64,000 nt of DNA from Narcine bancroftii (lineage: Eukaryota), in assembly GCF_036971445.1 (NCBI RefSeq), contig NC_091475.1, forward strand, positions 195,052,001-195,116,000, given 5' to 3'. Each line of letters starts with the position of its first letter. Within the stretch, counting starts at the first letter, position 1. Of this stretch, positions 50,620 to 63,264 are shown piece by piece. The translations under genes and the position numbers were made by a program. Below the pieces are notes generated by a model that worked only from the letters and a program-made list of their open reading frames with translations, searched no databases and had not been told where the DNA came from.

Positions 50620-50890
50620 CCACCATTTGCTCTTCCTTCCACTCTTCCTCTTTGTCCGACATCTGCCTCTGTCCATCATGTTTCACTTCCACCTGGTTCA
50701 CCAATCCTTTGTGAGACCCTTATCTCACTCTCTCACCCTTTTACATTGCTTCTGCTCTAACTTTTCTCACTCCTGATGAAGAGTTTTGGCTTGAAACTTT
50801 GACAATTCTTTTTCTGCCATTGATTCCACTTGACCCCACTGAATTCTTCCGGCAAATTTGGCTTCAGATTCCAGTCTCTCCAGTCTCCCG
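50620..50890 (+). mobile_element. Penelope 3'/pLTR remnant with a decayed hammerhead core
   Basis: ctgatga at 50773-50779 and gaaa at 50793-50796 after a pyrimidine-rich tract. Confidence 0.6.
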
Positions 50891-51620
50891 TGTGTCTGCA
50901 ATGCATATCTCATTGCTTTTTCATTTTACATGTGCTGCATTTCATCAATCGGGAAAGATTAGAGCAGGCTTATTGAACCACAGCCATTTATTTATTGTAC
51001 GCTTCACTGGCATTGAATTTAACAAGGTTTTAGGAAGAAAATTATTAAGTTAACAATAATTTTATAAATTCAACAGCAAATTACTGCAACTATTTTATTA
51101 CAAAGGGTACTTGGTAACATGCATACATGACTGTGTAATTCATTCGAACATGACCAGTGAACCATTTCCAATTTACAATTGCTGTAAATAGTGTAACTTT
51201 GCATCTTGTTCATTTTAATTCTGTTATGGTCAGCAGAATACATCCCACTGTAAATCCATCGGGACTTTGCTCGAGGAATAATTTCAAAATGACACAAAGC
51301 ATATTTAGCTGATGTAGCATATTACAGGCTATTGTATTTGAGATCAGCTACTGCCCACAATTTTAAAACAAGGGCAAGGGATGAAAGGGGAAGCCTAGGG
51401 CAAGTTCCTCATATCTGCTCACAACAGAAAACTCCCAATAAGCATAAATGTTTCGTTTGCAACTTCATGTGCATTTTAAAACCCAAGGTTTGCTTTTCAT
51501 TTCACAGACCTGGATTGTGTTGGGAATATAAGAGAGCATTTTTTAGACGTACAGGATGTTTTGCTGACTTAGTAAGATTATGGCTCATCCATGACCTAAC
51601 CCTATTTTTGACTATATTCT

Positions 51621-51920
51621 TGTGGTGATACAACCACCAGCCTACTGCAGGGGGCGATCTCGGTACCTGCAGGAAGGCCACCCAGGGGGCTGACTCCACC
51701 TGGCTGGGTATAAATCAGCCGACCTGAATAGACCATCTAAGGGGCTGAATCCACCTGGCCAGCTGTCAATCAGCCGACCTGAATATAATCCTGAGCCGGC
51801 CCCTCCAGACCCAGTCACATGGGAAGCCACCAAGGCTTCAACTGGTGTTCAGACTTTTACTTGAATAAAGCCTGGTGAGTTTGAGTTTGTGCTTGCTAGC
51901 TTCTACCTCAGCGCACCACA
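51621..51920 (+). mobile_element. Solo LTR, 300 bp, perfect 5-bp TSD
   Basis: tgtggtg...caccaca ends; TSD attct at 51616-51620 and 51921-51925; AATAAA; internal tandem duplication. Confidence 0.9.
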
Positions 51921-52093
51921 ATTCTTTAATAATTTGGTGAACAAACATACTTGGAGATCACATTTTAAAATATCAGCTGCCCTGGAATTATATTCTATCT
52001 GTGGAAGAGAATTGTAAACTTCTATCAGCCAATGGAAGTGTTCATCAATTAATTATTTTGATGAAATGCCCATCTCTAACCTTTAGTCTAGAC

Positions 52094-52317
52094 CAGTAAT
52101 TCTCAATCATTTTTTTGGCTGTGTCCTCCTTAGGACTTTGCTGAAAACCTTTGGCCCCCCCCCCCCCACCCTTCCCTGTAAAGCAGTCAAAAAATCATCG
52201 AAGTTATTTTACGACTTCAGTCTGTGGCTTCCTCCCCCCTCCTCCCCTCCCCCACCCCCAACCTTAAATGTGATGTGGACTACAGAGTGGCTGAATGGTC
52301 CCGATTGAGAATGGCTA
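52094..52317. mobile_element. hAT (Charlie-like) MITE
   Basis: TIR cagtaattctcaat / attgagaatggcta; 8-bp TSD gtctagac/gtccagac. Confidence 0.75.
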
Positions 52318-52389
52318 GTCCAGACACTCCAGTTCTATTTTTCCAACCAATCATATTTCCCCCTTGTTTACCCCATCAGTTTCTTTTAA

Positions 52390-52630
52390 CATTTAAATTT
52401 AGACATTCAACACTGTAACAGGCCAATTCACCCCCTACAAGCTCGTGCTGCCCAATTTACACCCGATGAACCTACATGTTTTTGAAGGGTGGGAGAAAAC
52501 CAGAGCCCCCGGAGAAAACCCATGCAGACACGGGGAGAATGTACAAACTCCTTACAGACAGCACAGGATATGAACCCAGGTCAGCTCCCAATCGCTGGCG
52601 CTGAAATGATGTTGCGCTAAGAACGACGTT
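52390..52630 (-). mobile_element. tRNA-derived SINE
   Basis: ccggagaaaacccatgcagacacggggagaatgtacaaactccttacagac. Confidence 0.8.
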
Positions 52631-52768
52631 GATTGTGTTGCGAACTTCATTGAAACTACGCATTAATCTTCTCAAATCTTGGGAATGCAAAACTATTTTA
52701 TAATGTCTCCTCATAAATTAACGCTTGGTGTTAATTTTTGGGCACCTTTCTCATCATGATTGAATTTC

Positions 52769-53224
52769 TCTTTCAATATTTTTTATTGTTAACATTGAAA
52801 TTTCACATCCAAAAATACCGAGTGCATAAAGATATATGTTAAAATTCAAAAAGATTCATTACACTTAAATCATATCATTTCAACCAAGATGCCCCACATT
52901 TTAATCAAACAGATTATATTGTATTGCTATCTTATTATTTTATTATAAAAAAGGAAAATCTGAACCCACTATCAGGAAAGAAGCTGCTTGGCCAACAAAT
53001 AAAAGAAAGGCATAATTCTTATTAGAGGGATAAATGACCTCATTAGTCAACAGTTCTATCTTCATAACAAATCAAAAATTATAAAACTAATTCAAAAAGG
53101 GTCCTCACAGTATTTGAACATGTGAATTCAAATCGGAAATTGAGCATCTAATCTTCTCTAAGTTTAAACGTGACATGATATCACGTAGCCATTGAGCATG
53201 AGTGGGCGGGTTAACGTCCCTCCT
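52769..53224 (-). mobile_element. L1 3' end fragment with 15-bp TSD
   Basis: DVNPPTHAQWLRDIMSRLNLEKIR (L1 ORF2 C-terminus); TSD tcat(g/t)attgaatttc at 52754-52768 and 53225-53239. Confidence 0.8.
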
Positions 53225-53824
53225 TCATTATTGAATTTCAAGGGAGTCGAACTATTTCGGCCATGAAACAATAAATTAAGTTGGTTCCCTCTGATAATAA
53301 ATTTAATGTTATTATTCCTTGTACAGAACAAATGACCATAACCTTAAATTATGCTAATTCAGCATAAGGATGTGCAGCAGTTGTTTTGAGCCTAGTTCTT
53401 CCTTCAATGAGATGACGTCTACCTCAGTTTCATTTTATATTCTCTTATACTCCTGGTCCCTTCAACGTCAGGATATCTGTCAATCTCTGTTTTCAATACA
53501 TTCACCAAATTCCAAAGTTTTACCACTTTGAATGAAGAGATATCTCATCATCTCATTCTAAGTACCCTATCCTCATTTTGAGACTGCTGGCCAGTGAAGC
53601 ATTTTCCATGCATTTGCCTTGTCAATGCCTCTAAGACCATTCTGCTTCTTGGAGCAAAAGTTAAGTTGATCAAATCTTTCAAAATTGAGGATCATTGTTT
53701 GGTAAAATATCAAGAGAAATGGAACCAACGCAGTGAAATTAATTCAGGTTACTAATCAGACTTGATTAAACTGGATGCTAGAACAAGTTCAAGAATAGCC
53801 AACTCCTGATGCTCTGCTCCACGG

Positions 53825-54620
53825 GATCCTGGGTTTTCTCACCTCCAGGTCACCATCAGTTCAGATTGGTAAGAACATCTCCTCCACAATCTCCACAGGG
53901 CTGGGTTCTTTGCTCCCTGCTGTACTCACTTTACATCTAAGGCTTTGTGGCTCGGTATGACAATAACACCATTTACAAATGTTCCAATGATACCATGGTA
54001 GTGGGTTATATAAAAAAGTGATGAGTCAGCGTACAGTGTGGAGCTTTTAAAATGTGGCTGAATGGTGCACCATCAACAACTTTGCACTCGCTGTCATTTA
54101 AACCAAGGAACTGATTAGTGACTTCAGAAAGGGAAAGCCAGAGGTGTACGATCCAGTGATCTTTGGAGGATCAGAGGTGGAGAGGGTAAGCAAATTTAAG
54201 TTCTTGGGAATCACTATCTCATAGGATCTTTCCTGGACCCAACACACTGATGGAATGATGAAGAAATCACGTCAGAGCCTCTAGTTCCTGAGAGGTTTGC
54301 AGTGGTTTGGTGTGACATCAGAAATTCTGCAAAATTTTTACAGAGGTGTGGTGGAAAGTGTACTGCATCATGGTCTGGTATGGGGACACCAATACCCCTG
54401 AGCGTAAAGCCCCACAAAAGGTAGTGAACTCTGCCTAGGAGTTCTGCACAGGCAAAGCCCTCCCCACCATCATGAAGATCCACCAGAAACGCTGCCTTTG
54501 GCGAGCGGCAGCAATCATCAAGGATCCGCACCACCCAGCACGTGCTCCGATGTCGCTGCTACCCTCAGGAAAGAGGTCTAGGGGCCACAAGGCTCGCACC
54601 ACCAGGTTCAGGAACAGCTG
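53825..54620 (+). mobile_element. Rex1/Babar fragment
   Basis: Collinear with 38215-38975. Confidence 0.85.
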
Positions 54621-54994
54621 TTGAGTTCTTTCAGCGGGTAATTTTATGCCCCACATTGATACTGTTGGGACTCCAAATGAACTGAAGATTTCAATATGAG
54701 CCATACCTAATGGTAATAACCCAGAACATTTTTAGAGACATTGAATTTATTGAAGGAAAAAAAAACTCATGAAATTTTGAAAGTTCAGAATCCCTAGAGT
54801 AATGATTTCAGAAGTGACGCAAGTTTTCTTGGCATAGATGTTAAGCAACTCGCTTTGAAAAACATCATGCCTACACCCACTATAATGCACCCCTTCATTT
54901 TCAAAACTAAGAAGCTTCCCCTGTCTTGTCCTAATGCTCTGATGAGGACAGCATTTCACTGCCAAATCCCAGTCTGAATTCCTGTGCATTTTGA

Positions 54995-56240
54995 GGTCAG
55001 ATACAGAAATGAGCTCTCCAAACCCTTCTCCATTGACAATGGCGTGAAGCAAGGCTGTGTTCTCGCACCAACCCTCTTTTCAATCTTCTTCAGCATGATG
55101 CTGAACCAAGCCATGAAAGACCCCAACAATGAAGACGCTGTTTACATCCGGTACCGCACGGATGGCAGTCTCTTCAATCTGAGGCGCCTGCAAGCTCACA
55201 CCAAGACACAAGAGCAACTTGTCCGTGAACTACTCTTTGCAGATGACGCCGCTTTAGTTGCCCATTCAGAGCCAGCTCTCCAGCGCATGACATCCTGTTT
55301 TGCGGAAACTGCCAAAATGTTTGGCCTGGAAGTCAGCCTGAAGAAAACGGAGGTCCACCATCAGCCAGCTCCCCACCATGACTACCAGCCCCCCCCACAT
55401 CTCCATCGGGCACACAAAACTCAAAACGGTCAACCAGTTTACCTATCTCGGCTGCACCATTTCATCTGATGCAAGGATCGACAAAGAGATAGACAACAGA
55501 CTCGCCAAGGCAAATAGCGCCTTTGGAAGACTACACAAAAGAGTCTAGAAAAACAACCACCTGAAGAAACGCACAAAGATCAGTGTGTACGGAGCCGTTG
55601 TCATATCCACGCTCCTGTTCGGCTCCGAATCATGGGTCCTCTACCGGCATCACCGACGGCTCCTAGAACGCTTCCATCAGTGCTGTCTCCGCTCCATCCT
55701 CAACATTCATTGGAATTACTTCATCACCAACATTGAAGTACTCGAGCTGGCAGAGTCCGCAAGCATCAAATCCACGCTGCTGAAGACCCAACTGCACTGG
55801 GTGGGTCACGTCTCCAGAATGGAGGACCATCGCCTTCCCAAGATTGTGTTATATGGCGAGCTTTCCACTGGCCACCGAGACAGAGGTGCACCAAAGAAGA
55901 GGTACAAGGACTACTTAAAGAAATCTCTTGGTGCCTGCCCCATTGACCCCCCCACCAGTGGGCTGATCTCGCCTCCAACCATGCATCTTGGCGCCTCACA
56001 GTTTGGCGGGCAGCAACCTCCTTTGAAGAAGACCGCAGAGCCCACCTCACTGACAAAAGACAAAGGAGGAAAAACCCAACACCCAACCACAACCCACCAA
56101 TTTTCCCTTGCAACCGCTGCAACCGTGTCTGCCTGACCCGCATTGGACTTGTCAGTCACCAACGAGCCTACAGCAGACGTGGACATACCCCTCCATAAAT
56201 CTTTGTCCACGAAGCCAAGCCAAAGAAGAAGAAGAAAGAA
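54995..56240 (+). mobile_element. RTE LINE, 5'-truncated, (GAA)n tail
   Basis: GVKQGCVLAP, LFADD, through to gaagccaagccaaagaagaagaag; serves as the non-inverted reference for 685-2076. Confidence 0.95.
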
Positions 56241-57297
56241 AAAGAAAAGATATCTCCACTAAGATAATATTCACTGACAAAAGTTTAATGGTTGACTGTG
56301 TCTGGTGACCATTTCGAACACTTGAATCATACACACTGCAAATGACTTTTCTACATCGGTTACCCCATACTCTGATATTCCAGGGACAATTATAGAAATT
56401 AGCAATTTTTATTGCCATTTCACACTTTTTATCATGCAAATGTCTCCTTTTCAGTAGAATAGAATTGCTCATTCAGAAAGATTAGTTTTGGTGCAATAAA
56501 TACTGATAGATCATTCTCAATCAAAAGTAACTTGTTTTATGATAGGATACAATTATACTGTATGGATATTAACGAGTCAGAAATTTTTCTTTGAAAAATA
56601 TGCAAAGTGATGAATGAATGAATAAATGGATTTTACTGAAATAATTCAATTGCCAGGTACATCAAAAGATTGCTGTTTTTCAAACAAATGAATCCCTTTT
56701 GATCGATTGGGTCTGAAATGAAGTTGTTGCAATCTTTTGTGATCATCTTCAAGGGAGCTGGGTGTTTATTGGATGTCACGGCCCTCTTCAAAGGCATTCC
56801 TTCACATTTCTGGCTAATGCGGAATTGCTTTGAATGGCACTGGGATTTTCACACTCATTTGGAGAAGGGAGAAGCAAATTATTACTATTCATTAACAGTC
56901 TGTCATAGGACAAGACTTAATGGAGAAACTTGTAAGAAAAACTGCCAAATCTGTGTCCTCAGATTTAGTCGACATTTTTTGTAAATCTGTCATGGTTGAC
57001 AGAGCCTATTGATGTACCATTTATCTTAGCATTTTATTTCTGATTAATTTACAAAGCAAAACCATTAATCTATACCAGGAAAGGTGCAGACAGAGGGCCT
57101 TGGAAGAAAATATAAATTAACATAAATCAAAAACTTGACCTTATATCTTAACATACCAAAAATGTGGATACTGAGTTTCATCCTTTTGGAAGATGGTAAC
57201 AGGAGTCAGTGGTTGTAATGGTCAGTTTGCCAGACTGGAGGACCATGACCAGTGGAGTGGCTCAGGGTTAATACTGGGACTCTTGGTTTTTGTAATA

Positions 57298-57985
57298 CAG
57301 TAAAACCCCTGGTATCCAGAATTCAAGCAATCGGCAAAAAATTAGGGAAAATAAAAGGTAAAACTGAAAATAAATAAGAATAAAATAAAATGTAAAAAAA
57401 AATACGCAAAATTAAAATGGCAAATAAATGTTCTCTGAAGTAACACATAAACCTTTGGTGAAGATGGGAGCAAATATTCAGCCAGTGGAGTGCCTTGGTC
57501 GTGCTTTGCTCGTAGCAGCCATTTAAATAAAATTGTGTGAAACATCGATGGTGTTGCCCAGGTTGAAGAATTCAGTTGATGCTGCTCGCCATCGGGGTGA
57601 CTCTCTTTAAGTGTCTCCTTATCTCTGCTAAAAGTGGCCCAGTCAGATGCTTTATCTATAAAAGTGGGGGAGGAGGGGTGTTAATTATCTATAATGTTAT
57701 TGTTCATCTTACGGGACGGCTCCATAGAGGGGGAGAGAACCTACAGATGCAGTGACAGTTAAATGTTTTAAATGACTGAAAATAAAGTGAAAAGCTGAAA
57801 GGTTTATATATTCATGGAAGTGAAATTTGTTCAGTGTAAGTCCAGTATAGTATTTGAATCTTTTGTCTTTTGAACTAACACAGGTATTAATTTGGCTCTG
57901 TGAGAGTAAGTCTCAAGCAACCAGAAAATACACTTATCTAGCAAATGTCAATCCCCACAAGTGCCAGATACCAGGTGTTTTACTG
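57298..57985. mobile_element. Tc1/mariner (pogo/Tigger-like) non-autonomous DNA transposon
   Basis: TIR cagtaaaacccctggtatc / gataccaggtgttttactg; TA TSD on both sides. Confidence 0.9.
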
Positions 57986-58595
57986 TATCTGAAATTTGAA
58001 GGAAAAAAAAACAAGCACGGCTAAAACATCACAGAAAACTAAGTTGGAAAAGTAGTTTCATGTCAAACTCTGTTGCCATGGTTAAAAATGCTAGCAAGTC
58101 GACAAAGCGCTTTACGAAAGCAAAGTTCAAAAACAGTCCTGGGGTTCCTTGAGGATAGATGCTTTTTTTAAAAATACCACCTCTTGTCGATGTCCTTGTG
58201 GGAGTAAAGACCTGATGCCCATGATGTCGCAGGCTGAGTTAACAATCTTTGGAGTTTTTTCTTGTCCTGAGCATTGGCACCTCCATACTAAAGAACGATG
58301 CAACCAGCCAGAATGCTCTCCATGGTACATATAGTTTTTGAGTCTTCCATGACATGCCGTATATCCTCAACCTCCTCACAAAGTTTAGCCACTGGTGAGT
58401 GAGGAATCTACCTCCCTCCTGTATGCTTTCTCGTTACCATTTGTCATTCTGCCGACAACTGTGATGTCGTCGGCCAATTTGTAGATGGCATTGGAATTGT
58501 GCCTGGACACACGGTCATGGGTGCACAGTGAGTAGAGCAGTGGGCTAAGCACACATCCTTGAGGTGCGCCTGGGCTGATCGTCAGTGAGGAGGAG

Positions 58596-59141
58596 TCACT
58601 TCCATTTCATACAAGCTCACATTTCATTTTGAATGACTGTCATTTTAAGGATTCAGCTTGTGTTGAGACAGAGTGGCACCGGCAAGTCATCTGCTGAACA
58701 CAGAGGTGAAGAGACTCTGTGAAATGGATAATTCTCCTTGCCAGGGGAATTATTGCACCCCTATGACCATTACAAGGGTCAGTTTGATTGACCCATATCT
58801 GGGTTAAGGAAGCAGGAGAATTGCTTCATTGGATCACAACCATTGCGATGGTCATTTCGACTGACCTGTGCCTGGGTTTTGGAAGACTTGTGGAAGTCAC
58901 ATGTTTCATTTCCCCTACACAAGGAAAAGGGGAGTTGTGGCTACCATTCATATGAAAGGACATTTTTCTGGAAGCAATTCTACAAGGATTCATGAGTTTT
59001 TGGCAGTCTTATCACTCGGTCTCTCACCTCCTTTGTGATTACGTCTGGTTTAAAAGTCTGAGTTTCAACGAAGGATTTCTAAGACTGAACTTTGGAATGA
59101 ATTTCCAGAATTGTGCCTAAGTGGTAATGGTTTGGGTGCTC

Positions 59142-59222
<81 letters not shown>

Positions 59223-59359
59223 CTATATTTATGCATAGTAGGGGTTAAATTAGCTAAGTTGCTATATTATTATTAGTTATTAATAAATATATTGTTTTAA
59301 AAGAAAAACAGTAACAGTCTCTTCATGAATTTATATTGCTGCTCCTCTGTGACATAACA
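58596..59359 (+). mobile_element. LTR-like fragment containing (CA)n
   Basis: Ends AATAAA...tgacataaca; no 5' TG end or TSD found. Confidence 0.45.
59149..59221. repeat. (AC)n microsatellite, ~36 units
   Basis: Direct reading. Confidence 0.98.
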
Positions 59360-60004
59360 GTACTACTGACTGTGATCTTGCGATGAGGAAGTCAAGATCC
59401 AGTTACAGAGGTGGGGTGCAGAGGCCCAGGATTTGGAGCTTCTTGACCAGCACTGAGGGAATAAAGGTTTTGAAGGCTGAGCTGTAGTCAATAAAGAGCA
59501 ACCTTATGCATGTGTTGTTGTTTTCTAGGTGATCCAGAACTGAGTCGAGAGCCAGTGATGGTGCGTTTGCTGTGGAGTCATTGTGACGATAGGCGAATTG
59601 GAGTGGGTCCAGACCTTTCCTCAGGTGCATGTTAATTCTGGCCATGACCAACCTCTCAAAGCATTTAATCACAGTAGATGTTAGTGCAACTGTGTGATAG
59701 TCATTGAGGCAACTCACACAGCTCTTCTTGGGTACCAGGATGATTGCTGTGCTTTTCAATTTAACATAATGTGGCAAACTACTCTGTTCAATTAGTGCTA
59801 AGTAATAAATGTTAACCTTGACAGTATCACCCACATCTTATAAGTAATATTCCTTACTGTTGAATTTTTTTAAAGAAATTGGAACTTCAATTTTAAATCT
59901 ACAGCTTTTCATTGCCATATATTCCACCTTACTTATAACCAAAGCCATGCCAGTTTCTAAGGGAACAATCCCATTCTTTACACTTACATTTTAAAATTTT
60001 TAAT

Positions 60005-60320
60005 TTTATTCCACTGAGGGTAAGTAAAATACAGAGGACATGCGTTAAGAGTGAAAGGAGAAAAGTTTAGGGAGAACGTGAGGGGAAACATCTTCACACA
60101 GAAAGTGTTGATGGGGTGTGGAACGAGCTGCAGATGAGGTGGTGAATGCAGGCTCAATTTTAACATTTAAGAAGAATTTGGACAAGTACATGGATGGGAG
60201 AGGTATGGAGAGCTATGGACTGGGTGCACGTAAGTGGAACTAGGCAACAAAAAAAATGGTTCAGCACAGACTAGAAGGGCCGAAGGGGCCTGTTTCTGTG
60301 CTCTTGTGTTCTATGATTCT
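60005..60320 (+). mobile_element. CR1 3' end, followed by minus-strand SINE remnants (60325-60710)
   Basis: gggaacgtgaggggaaacatcttcacacag...gggcctgtttctgtgct...ttctatgattcta. Confidence 0.8.
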
Positions 60321-60994
60321 ATTCACAGCTGCCCAATTACATGAAAATTAACCTCCATGTTGGAGGTTGAGAGGAAATCAGAGTTCTCAGAGAAAACCTA
60401 TGCAGACATGGGGAGAGCGTACAAAATCCTTACAGACATCGCCTGATTCGAACCCTGGTTGCTGGCGCCGTAGCAGCATTGTGCAAACTGCTACACTAAT
60501 CTTACCTTTTCCATTTTTGTCTGTATTCTCCCATCAACTTCCCTGTCTCTTTTTTTTTCTATTACGAAACACTACCAGCCTATTTTGGGAAATCACAAGG
60601 TCAAAGAGAGGAACTCCAAACTCCCCAAAGGCAGTATCTGAAGACAGGACTGAATCTGCATATTTGGACTGGCGAGACTGTGGCAATGACTGCTGCACCA
60701 TCGTAGCTCTGGACCTCATGAAATATCCTGCATGCAGGGAAGGCTGACTGACCCCTTATGCTTTATCCAATTTTTTAATGAATGCAGAAACTCAGCTGGT
60801 CAGGTATGGGAGAGAGTGAGGAGAATGAAAGAAGTTTGTGTTGTTGAGGAGGGGGGAAGAGAGGTAGAGAATTTGCGACCCTTGTTTTTGTTTGGCTTTA
60901 TTCCATCCGAGAAAGGAATAGAGCTTAAAGGTTTAAGACTTGATCAGAAAAATAACCCTCATAGCAAAGAATTTTCTATAAAATATAGGAATGA

Positions 60995-61590
60995 TTTGAG
61001 AGTTCAGACTTTAGACTTATTGTCAGAATACATTCATGAAGGTAGAGCTAGTGGAGTTGTTCTAGTGAACCGGTGCGGACTCGAAAGGTCGACATGGCCT
61101 GTTTCCGCTCCGTAAATGGTTATATGGTTATATGGTTATGACCACACATACAACCCTGAGATTCCTTTTCCTGTGGGTGAGGCAGAATTTACTGTTAAAA
61201 AAAAAGCTAACTTAGTAAACTCATATAAACAAATAAAGAAATGTAAACAAACTGACTGTGCAAATCATCCAGAGAGTGAGAGAGAGAATGAAGTACAAAA
61301 GTAAGAGTCCTTGAACGAGTCCCTGATTGAGTTTGTTGTTGAGGAGTCAGATAGTAGAGGGAACTTGGTGGTACATCTTGTGGCGCCTATACCTCTTTGC
61401 TGATGGCACCAGCGAGAACAGAGCATGTGCTGGGTCACGTGGATTCCTGATGGTTGCTGCTGTTCTACGACAGCAATGTTCCCTGCAGATGTTCTTAGTA
61501 GTGGGGAGGGTTTTACCCGTGATGTCCTGGGCTGCGTCCACTGCCTTTTTCAGGGCTTTACGCACAGGGGCATTGGTATCCCCACGTCAG
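60995..61590 (-). mobile_element. Rex1 3' fragment with a ~100-bp CR1 3'-end insertion (61040-61137, plus)
   Basis: ORF 61347-61565. The insert has the (ttatatgg)n tail of the 23525 CR1 and is flanked by atga/atga. Confidence 0.8.
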
Positions 61591-62459
61591 TATGTGAATA
61601 CAATTTGTTCACTTTGAAAACAACAATCACTTTTAATGCCATATGAAAATATGATTTTTGACATAATATTTCAGAGACAACATATTTTCAAGAGGGCTTG
61701 TGTTTAAACATGCAGAATGATGTAAGCGTGAAAACGTTGCACGGACATGCATTTTGTTTGGATTCAAAATAGGAAAGGTTAATAATTATGCCATCGCATA
61801 ACTAAATAGCAATGGACTGCTGTTAGCATAACTTCAAAATATCTAAGGTGTTGTCACAATCCAATTTAAACTCTTATTGACTTTGGCACAGAACTAGAAT
61901 CTTGACTTGATTTAAAGTTCTCGATGTTACTTCAGGCGTTTTAGGTCAGCACTTTCTGATCATTATTCTTCTTACGATATTTGTAGAACTGTTGAAGAAA
62001 ATATAATAATACATGGAACGTGTTTTGGCATTATTTTGCCCAATTGTTAATATTATTGAATAATTTTAATCTATCATTTTGAAGACAAACTGCAAACAGA
62101 CTTTAATAAATTACTGTGATTGCTTTTATTCATTTAGGAGTCGAATCAAGCATTGTAATTGTAATTTGGAACAGAAAATGGGGCATTGAAGAGCTGCAGT
62201 AATATGCAACTGTATAGTTAAACTTGAAGGATCTGGCCACTGACTCCTGCTCATTGCTAATGAGAATTACATCACTATCCGTGAAGGGGGTGAATCTGTG
62301 CACCACTGGGAACAGTTTCTAATGAGCACACAGAACAAGGAAGGACAAGGTAGTCAGCGACCTACAGGGAAAAGTCTCTGGTTGTTACTTCACTAAAGTG
62401 ACAACTCTATCTTGGTGACATTACCATGTCTCAATTTTGCCACTTAAACTTCACATGAT

Positions 62460-62780
62460 GTATTCAAAATTATGTTGGGTATAGATAGAGCAAATGCGAG
62501 CAAGCTTTTTTCCACTGAGGTTAGGTGAAATTTAAAAAAAAAACTAGAGTGTGAAAGTGGAAAAGTTTAAAGGGAACATGATGGGGAGGTTATTCACGCA
62601 GAGATTGGTGGGAGTGTGGAATGAGCTGTTAGCTCTATTGTTGAATGCAGGCTCAATTTTCACATTTAAGGTCCATGGAGGGATATGGTCCGGTGCAGGT
62701 CCGTGGTGCTAGGCAGCGTATTAGTTCGGCACAGACTGGAACAGTTGAAAGGCCTTTTATTCCTGTTCTATGATAATGAT
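62460..62780 (+). mobile_element. CR1 3' fragment; SINE remnant at 62880-63060
   Basis: Collinear with 60005-60320. Confidence 0.75.
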
Positions 62781-63264
62781 TCCCAAGTCTGATTCTAGGT
62801 TGGATAAAGTGCCATGGTTGAAGAGGAAAAGAACAAAAGAAAGACAAGTAGAAGATGGGTAATTTTAGGCCTGTTCTACAGTTGAATGATTTTATTCATT
62901 TAATATACAGACAACATAGTTGAAGTCGATTCTGGCATTTACACTCATGCCTCCCTAATTTACTTACCACCCCATATATTTTTTGAGGGTGCGCGGAAAC
63001 CTGAGCACCTGGAGGAAACTGACGCAAGTCACAGGGGCAACATATAAACTCTTTACAGACCCTCCGTGCAGACTTGGCAAGACCTAGTCATTTCCCTGAC
63101 AGCTTTGTGTGCCTTGACAGAATGAGCCGCCATGTGGGTGACCCTGGACAGCAGAGCTCATTATGCATAATGAGCTCATTATGGCCCAAGGATTTCTGCA
63201 TACACTTAAAAATATGGATAAAGCATAAGGGGTCAGTCAGCCTTCTCTGCATGCAGGATATTTT

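Larger units (their letters stand above)
58130..59755 (-). mobile_element. Rex1/Babar fragment interrupted by an LTR-like insert (~58596-59359)
   Basis: ORF 59403-59834 (NDYHTVALTS...DPLQFAYR...FIDYSSAF); 58430-58595 carries the PQGCVLSP region. Confidence 0.85.

Noticed and set aside
4895-63060. tRNA genes or CRISPR-like repeats
   Set aside because: The tRNA-like boxes are SINE heads without a cloverleaf, and I saw no regularly spaced repeat-spacer array.
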